DNA from: a virus
DNA: 64,000 bases
IMG/VR virus record: IMGVR_UViG_3300045988_125846
Span: 32,001-96,000 of that record
Direction: 5' to 3' (one strand)
In this document: positions 50,481 to 59,689 of the stretch, piece after piece
Position numbering within the stretch: the stretch's first letter is position 1
Layout of the letters: each line of letters opens with the position of its first letter
Notes under the pieces: model-generated
Databases searched by the model: none
Told to the model about the DNA's origin: nothing
The model's input: only the letters and a program-made list of their open reading frames with translations
Position numbers and translations under genes: made by a program

Positions 50481-50711
50481 TCATTTGCTTTTATTATTTA
50501 AAGCATCTATAAGACCTTTCCCGTTCTCTATACTAGATAATTTTAATTCTACATCAGCTATCGTACTAGCAGAAACCATTTTAACAAACTCAAATGATAC
50601 TTGCCCATTATTATTCTCTGCTACTACTTCAAGTCCATGAATTAATGCTTCTAATCCAGCTTTCATACCACCTAAGAAAGCTAACTGAATATTATTATCA
50701 ATTTTTTCCAT
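50481..50711 (-). CDS. hypothetical protein (76 aa)
   Basis: Start trimmed to the ATG after ATGGAGG. Confidence 0.4.
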   Translation of the reverse strand: MEKIDNNIQLAFLGGMKAGLEALIHGLEVVAENNNGQVSFEFVKMVSASTIADVELKLSSIENGKGLIDALNNKSK

Positions 50712-50754
50712 GTCTGCCTCCATTCTTCTAAAGAAACTCTTGTTTACTTGCCTA

Positions 50755-51015
50755 TTAAATAACAAATCTAATAATTCCGTTTCCATTAGGTAAATTCATA
50801 AATTCACCTATACCACCATGATATAATTTCCGTGCTTCTGTTCTTGTATAACCACATCCATCACACCAATCTGAACAAAAATCTTCCCAACCTGAATACC
50901 ATGCACATATTTCTGCTCTGATATTGTATCTATTTGCATGGGATTCTATCTTCTGTTTGATTTTATTAGTAAGTTTTATATACTGACTTAAATATTCTTC
51001 ACTTTTCTTGTCCAT
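50755..51015 (-). CDS. hypothetical protein (86 aa)
   Basis: ATG after TTGGAG. Confidence 0.45.
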   Translation of the reverse strand: MDKKSEEYLSQYIKLTNKIKQKIESHANRYNIRAEICAWYSGWEDFCSDWCDGCGYTRTEARKLYHGGIGEFMNLPNGNGIIRFVI

Positions 51016-51178
51016 AAAATCACTCCAATCTTAAAATGAAATTGCTATTTCTTACTAACAACATTCCATATTTCCATACCAAAACCATCGCACACCATCA
51101 TAGCTTGCATATATATCATTATCTTTACTCTTAAAATATATTGGATAATCATTGTTTTTTCATTTTCATCACTCCAAT

Positions 51179-51532
51179 CTATACCAAATTCCATGTTTTA
51201 ATAGGTGTACTTACTGAAATATCAAAGTGTTCATCATTCCGTAAATCTTCAACCTCTTTTCTAAGTACAATACACTCAAATTTATTCTCTTTAATTGCCT
51301 TGCAAATCACTCTCATTGAACCTGCTTTTGATTTGTAATTTCTGTTAAAAGTAGCCATCTTATTTTTATCCGCAAAGCCAACCACCTTATAATAAATTCT
51401 GTCAGTTGCCTTCCAGAAATTTTCTGCAATCGGAATGAGAACATAATGTTCACACATCCATTTGAAATCCTTTTCCGTTTTGCTGATATAAGGATTACTA
51501 CCATCAACAAATTCTATATGCTGATATTTCAT
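51179..51532 (-). CDS. hypothetical protein (117 aa)
   Basis: Start trimmed to the ATG after AGGAGG. Confidence 0.5.
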   Translation of the reverse strand: MKYQHIEFVDGSNPYISKTEKDFKWMCEHYVLIPIAENFWKATDRIYYKVVGFADKNKMATFNRNYKSKAGSMRVICKAIKENKFECIVLRKEVEDLRNDEHFDISVSTPIKTWNLV

Positions 51533-51534
51533 AC

Positions 51535-51756
51535 TCACACCTCCTTGTAATCTTCCAATAGTTCATTTAAGTTGTCTTTTCTCCACCGATGAAGTTTTCC
51601 ATCGCCAGTGTAATTCCTAACAACTCCAACCTTACGACCCGCAACTTTCTGATCGTGCTGTATATACTGACGAACAGAATTGTGATGATGCCCGTCACTA
51701 TGTACCTCAATGTATTTCTGCTTGTTTCGTTTATTTTGATATGTTTTTACTCTCAT
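51535..51756 (-). CDS. hypothetical basic protein (73 aa)
   Basis: Start trimmed to the ATG after TTGGAGGG. Confidence 0.45.
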   Translation of the reverse strand: MRVKTYQNKRNKQKYIEVHSDGHHHNSVRQYIQHDQKVAGRKVGVVRNYTGDGKLHRWRKDNLNELLEDYKEV

Positions 51757-51757
51757 T

Positions 51758-51946
51758 TTAATATCCCTCCAATCGTTTCCACTCACCATCAATCCGTTTC
51801 CATGCAGTAGGATTTAAGCTATATAATTCTCTTTGAAATAACTCATCATATCTTTTATCCATCTGCTCTTTAGCATCGAACAGTTCCTCATGGTCTAAGT
51901 TTCCTTTATCTAAACCAGACAGTTTATATATTCGCAACTTATACAT
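51758..51946 (-). CDS. hypothetical protein (62 aa)
   Basis: Start trimmed to the ATG after AAGGAG. Confidence 0.45.
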   Translation of the reverse strand: MYKLRIYKLSGLDKGNLDHEELFDAKEQMDKRYDELFQRELYSLNPTAWKRIDGEWKRLEGY

Positions 51947-51951
51947 ATTAA

Positions 51952-52149
51952 TCACTCCTTAACTATTTTTAAATTTCCATAACATTTTCCGCACATTGAG
52001 TAATTCCTATCACACGACACACAAGAATCCCAATATCTATTATCTTTCTTGTATCCTTTTGGAAAAATAACTTCTCCTATTTCATTTAATTTTGGTATTT
52101 CTCTTTTACATTCATTCCCGTCATAATGACAAAAATAAGCTAATCTCAT
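51952..52149 (-). CDS. hypothetical Cys-rich protein (65 aa)
   Basis: Start trimmed to the ATG after AAGGAGAG. Confidence 0.45.
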   Translation of the reverse strand: MRLAYFCHYDGNECKREIPKLNEIGEVIFPKGYKKDNRYWDSCVSCDRNYSMCGKCYGNLKIVKE

Positions 52150-52150
52150 A

Positions 52151-52327
52151 CTAATCACTCTCCTTCAAATTAGGACACAAACCAAGACCACCATCAATTT
52201 CAGGTACTCTTCTGTATGCGTCTCTATGAATACAATCTGCCTTATCACATTCGCTGCAACAACATTTCTTGTATTCCTCATAACTCATTTTGTAATTTGT
52301 CTCTTTAAATCTCTCTTCTGTCATCAT
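52151..52327 (-). CDS. hypothetical Cys-rich small protein (58 aa)
   Basis: Own translation MMTEERFKETNYKMSYEEYKKCCCSECDKADCIHRDAYRRVPEIDGGLGLCPNLKESD. Confidence 0.4.
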   Translation of the reverse strand: MMTEERFKETNYKMSYEEYKKCCCSECDKADCIHRDAYRRVPEIDGGLGLCPNLKESD

Positions 52328-52329
52328 AA

Positions 52330-52653
52330 TTACTGCACCTCCAATGCTTTCTGTACTTTCTCGTTAAACTCACCATATAAAGATTTCCATTTCTCAATCA
52401 TTTCTTCTGTAGGCTCACCAATAAGATTGTATCTTTCTTGCCTATATTCTTCGGGATCTTCACAACATTCTGTTACAAACACAGCAGTTCCAAATTTATC
52501 TGCATCACATCCAAAACCACCAGTTGCAAGTACAATTTGATATTTTGCATCTCTAAATTCTGGTTTAAAAAAATCTGGTTTAATTACTACTAACTTGCCT
52601 TCAATATTGTCACTTAATGGTTTACATTCGCTTCTATCAATTATTGTTTTCAT
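52330..52653 (-). CDS. hypothetical protein (107 aa)
   Basis: ATG after AAGGAGG. Confidence 0.5.
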   Translation of the reverse strand: MKTIIDRSECKPLSDNIEGKLVVIKPDFFKPEFRDAKYQIVLATGGFGCDADKFGTAVFVTECCEDPEEYRQERYNLIGEPTEEMIEKWKSLYGEFNEKVQKALEVQ

Positions 52654-52861
52654 TATCGTTTACCTCCTTCACCCAATCTGGTTCATATCCTCTTGCTCTC
52701 CATTCTATTACAGAAACTTTGTAGCCTTCGTTTTCTGGAAATTTTTCTTTTAATAATTTGTAAACCCGTTTTGCTTCCCAATCGTATGTAAGCTCTCCTT
52801 GTTCTGTTGCGAATAAATATTTGCCATCTTTTGACACATTTATTCTTGTATAATCAACCAT
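52637..52861 (-). CDS. hypothetical protein (74 aa)
   Basis: Start trimmed to the ATG after GTGAGGCAAGTAAA. Confidence 0.4.
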   Translation of the reverse strand: MVDYTRINVSKDGKYLFATEQGELTYDWEAKRVYKLLKEKFPENEGYKVSVIEWRARGYEPDWVKEVNDNENNN

Positions 52862-52905
52862 TTTACTTGCCTCACTTTCTAAATAAACAGTTCTTTCATT
52901 TGGTT

Positions 52906-53544
52906 TTATGCTGCAAAAAATGTACCATCCTCTAAGAATTTCCATTCATTTGCTTCACATGTTTCTTCCATTATTTCATCATCCACCTCATAGAAAAATT
53001 CATAACCATATTTTTCATAATCAGCACATAATCTTTCAATAATTGCAACCACATATTTTTCAAGCTTCTGAAGCAATTCTTTACTTACATTTTTGTAATT
53101 TGCATACCATAAATCATTTTCCCATTCTTCTGCTAGATCAATTCTATCTACACAACAATAGTTATAATGATTATTCATAGGGAGTTTAATATCCATTCCA
53201 CATTCACTTGAATACCTACTGATTGTTCTTAATTCCTTTTCCGTAAAATATTCAATCAAATCATTAAATTCGTCTCCACAGAAATGACTTTTCGGAAGAT
53301 TTAAGACATTGCTTACATTTAACTCTCCATAAATATTCAATCCGTCTCCCTGACAGTAATTTAAAGAATACTGTAATTTCAGTTCGCTGTCTGGAAATAT
53401 ATTCCGTAAATCCTGCTCATAAATTTCAGTAAATTCTGATGGTCTAAAATCGTCATCTAAATACCACTGTTTTGCTTTTTCTTTTGCGTCTTCTGATAAT
53501 TCAGAAAAGTTATATACTTTGTATTCTCTTGTAACAACTTCCAT
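52906..53544 (-). CDS. hypothetical protein (212 aa)
   Basis: Start trimmed to the ATG after GTGAGG. No family confidently recognised. Confidence 0.5.
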   Translation of the reverse strand: MEVVTREYKVYNFSELSEDAKEKAKQWYLDDDFRPSEFTEIYEQDLRNIFPDSELKLQYSLNYCQGDGLNIYGELNVSNVLNLPKSHFCGDEFNDLIEYFTEKELRTISRYSSECGMDIKLPMNNHYNYCCVDRIDLAEEWENDLWYANYKNVSKELLQKLEKYVVAIIERLCADYEKYGYEFFYEVDDEIMEETCEANEWKFLEDGTFFAA

Positions 53545-53562
53545 ATCAATCAACCTCACTTT

Positions 53563-54201
53563 CTATGCTATCTGCCTTGCTATATCTTCAATGTTCCCAT
53601 TCATTACAATCACAGCATCTTTGTTATCAGGATGTTCACTCATAAAATCTCTCAATCCTTCAAACTGCTTATTATCTGCATTTTCAATCATCTGCCTTAC
53701 ATCTTTATTGTGTAGCTTAATCAGATAAACCTTTTCATAATACTGTTTGAATAACAGATTTTTCTTTTCACAATACTGCTTAATTAAATCAATCTGTCTC
53801 TGTTCCTTTTCTCTGATTGCTTCAACCTTTGCTTTCTCATTAGCTTCTGCTTGTTCTTTTCGCTTACGATTTCCAATCAGATGATTAAATAATGAGTTTG
53901 TTTCACACAGATCCCTAATAACTGCATTATCAATGTCATATGCATCAGGATTATCTTTGTCAATCCACCATAAGAAGTTATCAATTGTCCTGTTGAAATT
54001 CTCTTCAAAGATACATCTGTTACCAAGATTTCTGTTGTAGATTTCCTCTCCGTTTCGCTCAATCCGTAATGATGTATATACATTTTCATCTGGTTTATTA
54101 TTGTAGATAGTCCATTCATATCTATCCTGTCTGCCATATACGGTTAATCCGTATGCACTGTATAACTGTTTCTCTTCATTCTTTAAATATAAAAGTCCCA
54201 T
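53563..54201 (-). CDS. hypothetical protein (212 aa)
   Basis: Start trimmed to the ATG after TGGAGGCAAGTAAA. Confidence 0.5.
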   Translation of the reverse strand: MGLLYLKNEEKQLYSAYGLTVYGRQDRYEWTIYNNKPDENVYTSLRIERNGEEIYNRNLGNRCIFEENFNRTIDNFLWWIDKDNPDAYDIDNAVIRDLCETNSLFNHLIGNRKRKEQAEANEKAKVEAIREKEQRQIDLIKQYCEKKNLLFKQYYEKVYLIKLHNKDVRQMIENADNKQFEGLRDFMSEHPDNKDAVIVMNGNIEDIARQIA

Positions 54202-54202
54202 T

Positions 54203-54502
54203 TTACTTGCCTCCATAGTTCAAATCTAAATTTGTATATTTTGCCCATTTTCCTGTATAAACACCATTCATTCTTTCTTCAAAAGTTCTCTTTCTCATTC
54301 CATACATTTCTGTTGCAACTTTATACATGTCATAAACAAGATCCTTTTCCGTATCAATAATCATAAAATCTTTTGGATTTTTCACATTGTCCAATACATA
54401 CTGCATGAAATCTCTGAATGTAATTAGTCTGTTTGTTGTACACCATACAAGAATTTTGTTTTTGTCTTTGGTGTCTCTTGTTACAAATTTCATCAACTGC
54501 AT
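54203..54502 (-). CDS. hypothetical protein (99 aa)
   Basis: Start trimmed to the ATG after GAAGGAG. Confidence 0.45.
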   Translation of the reverse strand: MQLMKFVTRDTKDKNKILVWCTTNRLITFRDFMQYVLDNVKNPKDFMIIDTEKDLVYDMYKVATEMYGMRKRTFEERMNGVYTGKWAKYTNLDLNYGGK

Positions 54503-54572
54503 TTCACATTCTCCTTCATAATAAAATAAGACAGACACAATTATTTGCATCTGCCTTTATTTATTCTCTGTA

Positions 54573-55058
54573 TTAATCTACTTTCTCTTCTTTTGGTGTG
54601 ATTAAACTCATAAGATTCTCTCTAATATAACCACAGAAAGCATCAATACTTCCATTTCCAATAGTCCAACAACTATCTTCATCATAATTCCAATGGATAA
54701 TTACCTCATGCCCTGCTGTGATATTAGGTAAATCAGCATCTTCCTTTCTCGCATATGAACTATTTGAAAGAGCTTTAAGATATACATATCTTCTGATATT
54801 CTCAATATCTCTTTCTGTTTCTGCATTGAAAATCTCTACCAGATGGTCATCAGAACATTCATCATAAATATCATATTCAGAAGCTCCATTTTTCTTATTA
54901 TCAAGTCTCTTTAACTCTTTGCTGATTGCAAACAGTGCTGATTCCTCATACTTTTTACACTCTTCTTCACTTCTAAATACTGTGCCATCTTCTGCGATGT
55001 ACTCTGTTCTTACAAGTTTCTCAATTGTTTCTGTTTTTCTTACTTCGTTTACTCTCAT
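54573..55058 (-). CDS. hypothetical protein (161 aa)
   Basis: ATG after AAAGGAG. Degenerate palindrome pair at 55083-55126 upstream. Confidence 0.5.
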   Translation of the reverse strand: MRVNEVRKTETIEKLVRTEYIAEDGTVFRSEEECKKYEESALFAISKELKRLDNKKNGASEYDIYDECSDDHLVEIFNAETERDIENIRRYVYLKALSNSSYARKEDADLPNITAGHEVIIHWNYDEDSCWTIGNGSIDAFCGYIRENLMSLITPKEEKVD

Positions 55059-55162
55059 AGTTTTAATCTCCTTTTCTCTTATACTATATATCGTGGTTAC
55101 TCGTTTTATGCACCACTATATCTTGTAATTATTTTACCAAGAAATTACAATTTCCTTTGACT

Positions 55163-55396
55163 TTAGAATACAAATACTGCTGTTGTTCTTGATGTAATCG
55201 CATATAATTTTCCAGTCTTATTTCCTTTTAACAGCATTCCATTACATCCATATACACCACTTGAATATCCGACTTGTGTGTAATATCCTTCTGTTTCTTC
55301 GATCTGCCTTCTCGTATCATTATTTCCGTATGTAATATCTTCTGCAAGTCCATCTTTTACCATCTCTTTTAACTGTCTCTGTGTATACTTTGTCAT
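55163..55396 (-). CDS. hypothetical protein (77 aa)
   Basis: ATG after ACGGAGG. Confidence 0.5.
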   Translation of the reverse strand: MTKYTQRQLKEMVKDGLAEDITYGNNDTRRQIEETEGYYTQVGYSSGVYGCNGMLLKGNKTGKLYAITSRTTAVFVF

Positions 55397-55399
55397 ATC

Positions 55400-55915
55400 T
55401 TATTCCTCCGTTTCTGTTTCGTGCCACTGCAATCCTCTTGCTTTATATAATGGAATCCAATGACTTTCATAAAAATCATATCCAGCTCCATCAATTCCAA
55501 AGAAGTAACCAAACTCTTCACTTTCATAAATTCTAAATCCGCACTGTGACATCAGTTCAATTCCGTTATCTTCTTCTAACCACCAATCATCACACCTATC
55601 TCCAAAGCTCCACATTGTTCCCCACATTGGAAGATAATCATCATGATTAACTTCAAAATCGCCATTTTCACATCTGATTTCTTCTCCGTTGTCAAGTGAG
55701 ATAATGTATTCTTCCGTTTCTTCATCAAAGTCTGTGATTTCTCCATAGTCTCCATTATCAAATACATATACTCTGTCATATTTGCTTGGCTTTGTAACTT
55801 CTGTCCAATCATCGGGATGATCCTGAAATAACCGTAAAATCATTCCCTGTGGAATTGCATTCATTTCATGTACCCATGCTTCAGTTGCTTCTTTAATTGT
55901 TTTAAATCTGCTCAT
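55400..55915 (-). CDS. hypothetical acidic protein (171 aa)
   Basis: ATG after GTGAGG. Confidence 0.5.
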   Translation of the reverse strand: MSRFKTIKEATEAWVHEMNAIPQGMILRLFQDHPDDWTEVTKPSKYDRVYVFDNGDYGEITDFDEETEEYIISLDNGEEIRCENGDFEVNHDDYLPMWGTMWSFGDRCDDWWLEEDNGIELMSQCGFRIYESEEFGYFFGIDGAGYDFYESHWIPLYKARGLQWHETETEE

Positions 55916-55986
55916 AATCGTTTCCTCACTTTCTTGTAATAAAATAGGCAGCTAGTAGATTATTCTCCTAACTGCCTTTACGTTTG

Positions 55987-56202
55987 CTATAAATTAATTG
56001 CGTTTCCATCTTCATCATATTCAATTGGTGCAATGTGAACGGCATAACCGATTTCTTTTTCTTTGTCGTAAATCTCCATTGTGCCACCTGCACAAAATTC
56101 AAATGAGAACCGCTTGTCATCCGATTCAAGCAATTTAATCAAATGATCCGTGAGTTCGTTTAAGTTCCGTGCATCTTCTTTTGATTTTTCAATACTTGTC
56201 AT
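55987..56202 (-). CDS. hypothetical protein (71 aa)
   Basis: ATG after AAGGAG. Confidence 0.45.
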   Translation of the reverse strand: MTSIEKSKEDARNLNELTDHLIKLLESDDKRFSFEFCAGGTMEIYDKEKEIGYAVHIAPIEYDEDGNAINL

Positions 56203-56208
56203 TTTGCT

Positions 56209-56400
56209 TCACTCCTTTTCATAAATCTCTAACTTATGTAACAAATCAAACATTGCTACATATCTGCCCTGATTCCGTTCTTTGAGTTTATCATTGTCGT
56301 TCTGCATTGCATTATCATAATCTTTATTTACTTTTCTAAATTCCTCTGCAATAATTTCAAGAATTTCATCCTTTGTCTTGCTGCATTTATATTTTGCCAT
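56209..56400 (-). CDS. hypothetical protein (63 aa)
   Basis: ATG after AGGTGAAG. Confidence 0.45.
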   Translation of the reverse strand: MAKYKCSKTKDEILEIIAEEFRKVNKDYDNAMQNDNDKLKERNQGRYVAMFDLLHKLEIYEKE

Positions 56401-56417
56401 TTCTCTTCACCTGCTTT

Positions 56418-56636
56418 CTACATTTCATCAATAGCATTGTGCATTCGTTCTTTTGCGTCTGCTAACTGTTTATCTAAATCCTCAAAGCATTTCTGTTTTG
56501 CTTCATCAGACAATTCCATATCTTGAATCACCTGTTTATCTCTCTTAATAGAATTTAATTCATCCATTAATCTATCAAAATCATTTGCGTCTCTTTTTGC
56601 ATCGTGGCAATGCATGATTGCTCCTCTATCTGTCAT
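56418..56636 (-). CDS. hypothetical coiled-coil protein (72 aa)
   Basis: ATG after AAGGAG. Confidence 0.45.
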   Translation of the reverse strand: MTDRGAIMHCHDAKRDANDFDRLMDELNSIKRDKQVIQDMELSDEAKQKCFEDLDKQLADAKERMHNAIDEM

Positions 56637-56669
56637 TTTCGCTTCACTCCTTCCTAAGAAATCTTAGAT

Positions 56670-56840
56670 TCAGCCTAGATATATTCTAACTACGAAGTCA
56701 TTTATTTCAACTGCGTTTGGCGTTAGTTGTAAGTTGTGTTCTGTAAGTGGCAACTCTCCCCATATACCAGCTTCGTCTAATAAATGAATCTCTTTGCCTT
56801 TATTTTCTTCTATAATCTGTTTAACCGTTTTTTCTACCAT
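56670..56840 (-). CDS. hypothetical small protein (56 aa)
   Basis: Own translation MVEKTVKQIIEENKGKEIHLLDEAGIWGELPLTEHNLQLTPNAVEINDFVVRIYLG; SD AAAGGAAAA. Confidence 0.4.
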   Translation of the reverse strand: MVEKTVKQIIEENKGKEIHLLDEAGIWGELPLTEHNLQLTPNAVEINDFVVRIYLG

Positions 56841-56872
56841 ATTTTTCCTTTCTAATCTAAAGAAATGCGAAT

Positions 56873-57085
56873 TTACTCTGTTTCTACTTCATATATCTTC
56901 CAATCAATATTGTATGAATCCGTCTGAATGTTCGCATCATATTCATCAATGGACGATTCATTTCCTTCTTCTACTAAATTCTCATATCTGCCTTTCATTT
57001 CATCATAAGCTTCTATATAAGAATCATATGTATCAGGCTCATTTATACTCTGGTTCTCAACCTCTATTAAAATCCATTTACTCAT
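56873..57085 (-). CDS. hypothetical acidic protein (70 aa)
   Basis: Start trimmed to the ATG after TTGGAGG. Confidence 0.45.
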   Translation of the reverse strand: MSKWILIEVENQSINEPDTYDSYIEAYDEMKGRYENLVEEGNESSIDEYDANIQTDSYNIDWKIYEVETE

Positions 57086-57121
57086 TTCTCTTACCTCCAA
57101 TTCCAATGAAACACGCATTTA

Positions 57122-57298
57122 CTATGTTTCTTTAAACTCCTCTTTTGGATCAACAAACTCAATCTTCTGTACCCAGATTGTACACTTGTATTCCTCTTTC
57201 AGATGCTTGTACGCAAGTTTTGCACTCTCTTTATTATCTACAGTGCGAAGACGCTCTAAACTTCCATCTGTGTTATAACAACCTAATCTGTACTTCAT
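57122..57298 (-). CDS. hypothetical small protein (58 aa)
   Basis: Own translation MKYRLGCYNTDGSLERLRTVDNKESAKLAYKHLKEEYKCTIWVQKIEFVDPKEEFKET; SD AAGGAGG. Ends in TAG followed by TAA. Confidence 0.4.
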   Translation of the reverse strand: MKYRLGCYNTDGSLERLRTVDNKESAKLAYKHLKEEYKCTIWVQKIEFVDPKEEFKET

Positions 57299-57582
57299 GA
57301 TCTATCCTCCTTCTTATGAAATATCCATTTACTCCTTTATAATTTCTGTGGAAATAGAAATTCCATCAACAAGGAATCCTTCCAACATTTCCTTCGCAAA
57401 TTTCATCGCTTGCTCATCATTAGCTGCCCCCAATTTCTTTATAGAAAGCTCTAATTTTATTTTCTTTTCGTAATATAATTTGTACTTTAAAAATCATATT
57501 TATCTCCATTCTTTCTTTTGAAATATCTGTTTACTCTGCTATTACATTTATCGAGATAATAAAATCCTTATCTTCCTGCTCA

Positions 57583-57789
57583 TTATCTTTTAGAGACAAT
57601 TAAATTTCCTGTTAATGTAACTTCGATTCCGTTTTCATACTTTCTAAGACTTCCCTTTTCAACCTCAAAATCATTATATTTAAGAAAAATACTATCTCTC
57701 CCATTGTATTCAGCTACAATTTTTCCATCCAACCATACATAGACATTTTCATTTTCGCTTATATATGATAATAAATCATCTAATCGCAT
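57583..57789 (-). CDS. hypothetical protein (68 aa)
   Basis: The start overlaps the upstream gene end. Confidence 0.45.
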   Translation of the reverse strand: MRLDDLLSYISENENVYVWLDGKIVAEYNGRDSIFLKYNDFEVEKGSLRKYENGIEVTLTGNLIVSKR

Positions 57790-58187
57790 AAATTATACCC
57801 TTCGCTTTCTTCTGCCTCTTTCAAACTCTCTTCATCTACAATGCAGTAACAACCAAGTGCATCTCCAACTCTGTCATTATCAACTCCAAGCGATGTAACA
57901 ATTTCGTTGAATGTGCCTTCGCTATAATCTTCCCTGTAAATTTCAAGGTGTTTCTGACCTTTGGTTACATAGTGTTCTTCAGTTTTGCTTCTGAAACAAT
58001 CTAAAGCATTTTGCAAGCAATCGGCTTTTCTCTTTGCATTATTCCAATAAGTAAAATATGTTCCATGCGCCCACTGCTGATCTTCTGGTTGTGTTGGATC
58101 GTAACCACTAACAACCACATACTGAGTATCACTTTCGCTTTGTAGTAAGGCATAATTATCTTTCCGTAATAACTCTGTCCATTTCAT
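57780..58187 (-). CDS. hypothetical protein (135 aa)
   Basis: Start trimmed to the ATG after AGGAGG. Confidence 0.5.
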   Translation of the reverse strand: MKWTELLRKDNYALLQSESDTQYVVVSGYDPTQPEDQQWAHGTYFTYWNNAKRKADCLQNALDCFRSKTEEHYVTKGQKHLEIYREDYSEGTFNEIVTSLGVDNDRVGDALGCYCIVDEESLKEAEESEGYNLCD

Positions 58188-58200
58188 GTTCTTACACCTC

Positions 58201-58371
58201 CTATTCAATCACTTCTACTTCTTCGCTTAATCCTATGAGCATTAAATCTTTCATTGGACAATTTTTATTCAAACAATCTGCCTTAAATATGAATCCATCA
58301 TTTGATGTACAGATCCATTCTTCTTTCATGTGCTTAAATTTTGTTCCAACTTTAATATTTCTTGTCTGCAT
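58201..58371 (-). CDS. hypothetical small protein (56 aa) downstream of hicA-like gene
   Basis: Own translation MQTRNIKVGTKFKHMKEEWICTSNDGFIFKADCLNKNCPMKDLMLIGLSEEVEVIE; SD GGAGG. No HicB features. Confidence 0.4.
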   Translation of the reverse strand: MQTRNIKVGTKFKHMKEEWICTSNDGFIFKADCLNKNCPMKDLMLIGLSEEVEVIE

Positions 58372-58375
58372 AGTT

Positions 58376-58573
58376 TTATACCTCCACCAAATTGTTCTCT
58401 TTTATAAGTCTTTCACGAACCATTCTGTTTAAATCCTTATTGACTGCTATAATTTTATGAGAAGTTCGATTCATGTAAATAAAATGACTTCCCCTACACC
58501 GTGTAAATCTATAACCATTCCGTAACAGAATCGGCTCGAATTCTCTTAATTGTTTTGTCTTTCTATATGCCAT
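58376..58573 (-). CDS. hicA: HicA-family toxin-like protein (65 aa)
   Basis: LLRNGYRFTRCRGSHFIY ... IAVNKDLN fits the HicA/YcfA pattern (GSH motif). Confidence 0.6.
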   Translation of the reverse strand: MAYRKTKQLREFEPILLRNGYRFTRCRGSHFIYMNRTSHKIIAVNKDLNRMVRERLIKENNLVEV

Positions 58574-58690
58574 AATTTATCTATCCTTTCCTTATTATAA
58601 TGTGTTTGCCCGTATAGTCTGATAGCACAGCTTCATTTCACTTTTACCGATGTTTCATATTAATCACTCACTTTCTAATTGTTTATTCTC

Positions 58691-59629
58691 TTAAATTGCC
58701 TTTACCCTTGAAGATTTCTTAGTAGTCTTTGTAGTTCTCTTCTTCTCTGTAAACGGACTTTCCATTTCGTAGCGAACAATTTCGGACAGATAATCAAAAA
58801 TCTGTGCCTGTGTTTTATTCATAATATTCTCTACAAAATATTCAGTTCCCTTACAATGTTCAAGTAAAGCAGCTTCCATTTCGTCTGTTCTTCCGTCTGT
58901 GTAAGCATATAATGCTTTTAAAGCACGAATAATTTTCGCTGTATATGCTTTCCCATTATACGAATCTGCATATCCATTCCATCCGAGATTTCCAAGCAGT
59001 TTCAGCATAGAATCAAGAAGATTTACGTTTGTCTGCACAAGATGAATACCGTCTGAAATTGATGTAAGAGTTCCAACGGTATTTGTTGTATCATCATCTC
59101 CTTTTACTGCAACATTATTCTTATGACAAATTTCCTGTAATTTTACATAATCTCCCTTACCACCTGCAATAGCAGCCTTGTAAATATCCATAGGTTGCAT
59201 TTTTACTCTATCCTGTGACTGGTTAATAAACAAATCAATCGCTTCCTCAAGAGAACATTCCATAATTTCAACAACTACAGAATCCATTTTCGCTTTGAAT
59301 GCTCCATAAATTCTGTGCTGACCATCAATAACCCATAATCTTCCTTTGTAAAATAATACCTTCGGAACATCCCATTTGTACTTGTTATATGCATTACCGA
59401 TTGTGTATGCTCTTGCAAGTTTTAATCTTCTCTGCCATTCAGGAATGTGGATATACATTGGATCTACTACAAGCTGAAGCTTATCTCCAACCATACTGTT
59501 TCGTTTTGCGTCCTTAATCATCCGTGAAATATAATCCGTTTCCATTTTGCCGGTAAATCCTTCTGCGTTCCGTGCTTCCTGCATTTCCATTTCTGCTTCT
59601 TTTGCTGTTAAATAAACTCTCTTACACAT
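58691..59629 (-). CDS. ParB/Srx-fold protein with DGQHR motif (DndB/IbrB-like)
   Basis: RLWVIDGQHRIYGAFKA. ATG after AGGAGG. Confidence 0.6.
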   Translation of the reverse strand: MCKRVYLTAKEAEMEMQEARNAEGFTGKMETDYISRMIKDAKRNSMVGDKLQLVVDPMYIHIPEWQRRLKLARAYTIGNAYNKYKWDVPKVLFYKGRLWVIDGQHRIYGAFKAKMDSVVVEIMECSLEEAIDLFINQSQDRVKMQPMDIYKAAIAGGKGDYVKLQEICHKNNVAVKGDDDTTNTVGTLTSISDGIHLVQTNVNLLDSMLKLLGNLGWNGYADSYNGKAYTAKIIRALKALYAYTDGRTDEMEAALLEHCKGTEYFVENIMNKTQAQIFDYLSEIVRYEMESPFTEKKRTTKTTKKSSRVKAI

Positions 59630-59654
59630 AATTGCGTCCTCCTAGTAGTTTTTT

Positions 59655-59689
59655 GCATTAAAATAGCGACTACTTATTTCGCAGTCGCT
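59655..59689 (-). terminator. rho-independent terminator-like hairpin
   Basis: 7-bp stem AGCGACT/AGTCGCT with an 11-nt loop, followed by ATTTTAAT on the minus strand. Overlaps the end of the 45-aa ORF. Confidence 0.45.

Noticed and set aside
4024-57538. Interpreting the recurrent TTTC(T/A)TTGG motif as a Bacteroidetes-type -7 promoter element (TAnnTTTG).
   Set aside because: Genes here use strong GGAG/GGAGG Shine-Dalgarno sites and TTGACA/TATAAT promoters, which is Firmicutes-like. The motif lies only 5-25 nt from start codons, and there is no matching -33 TTTG at the right spacing.
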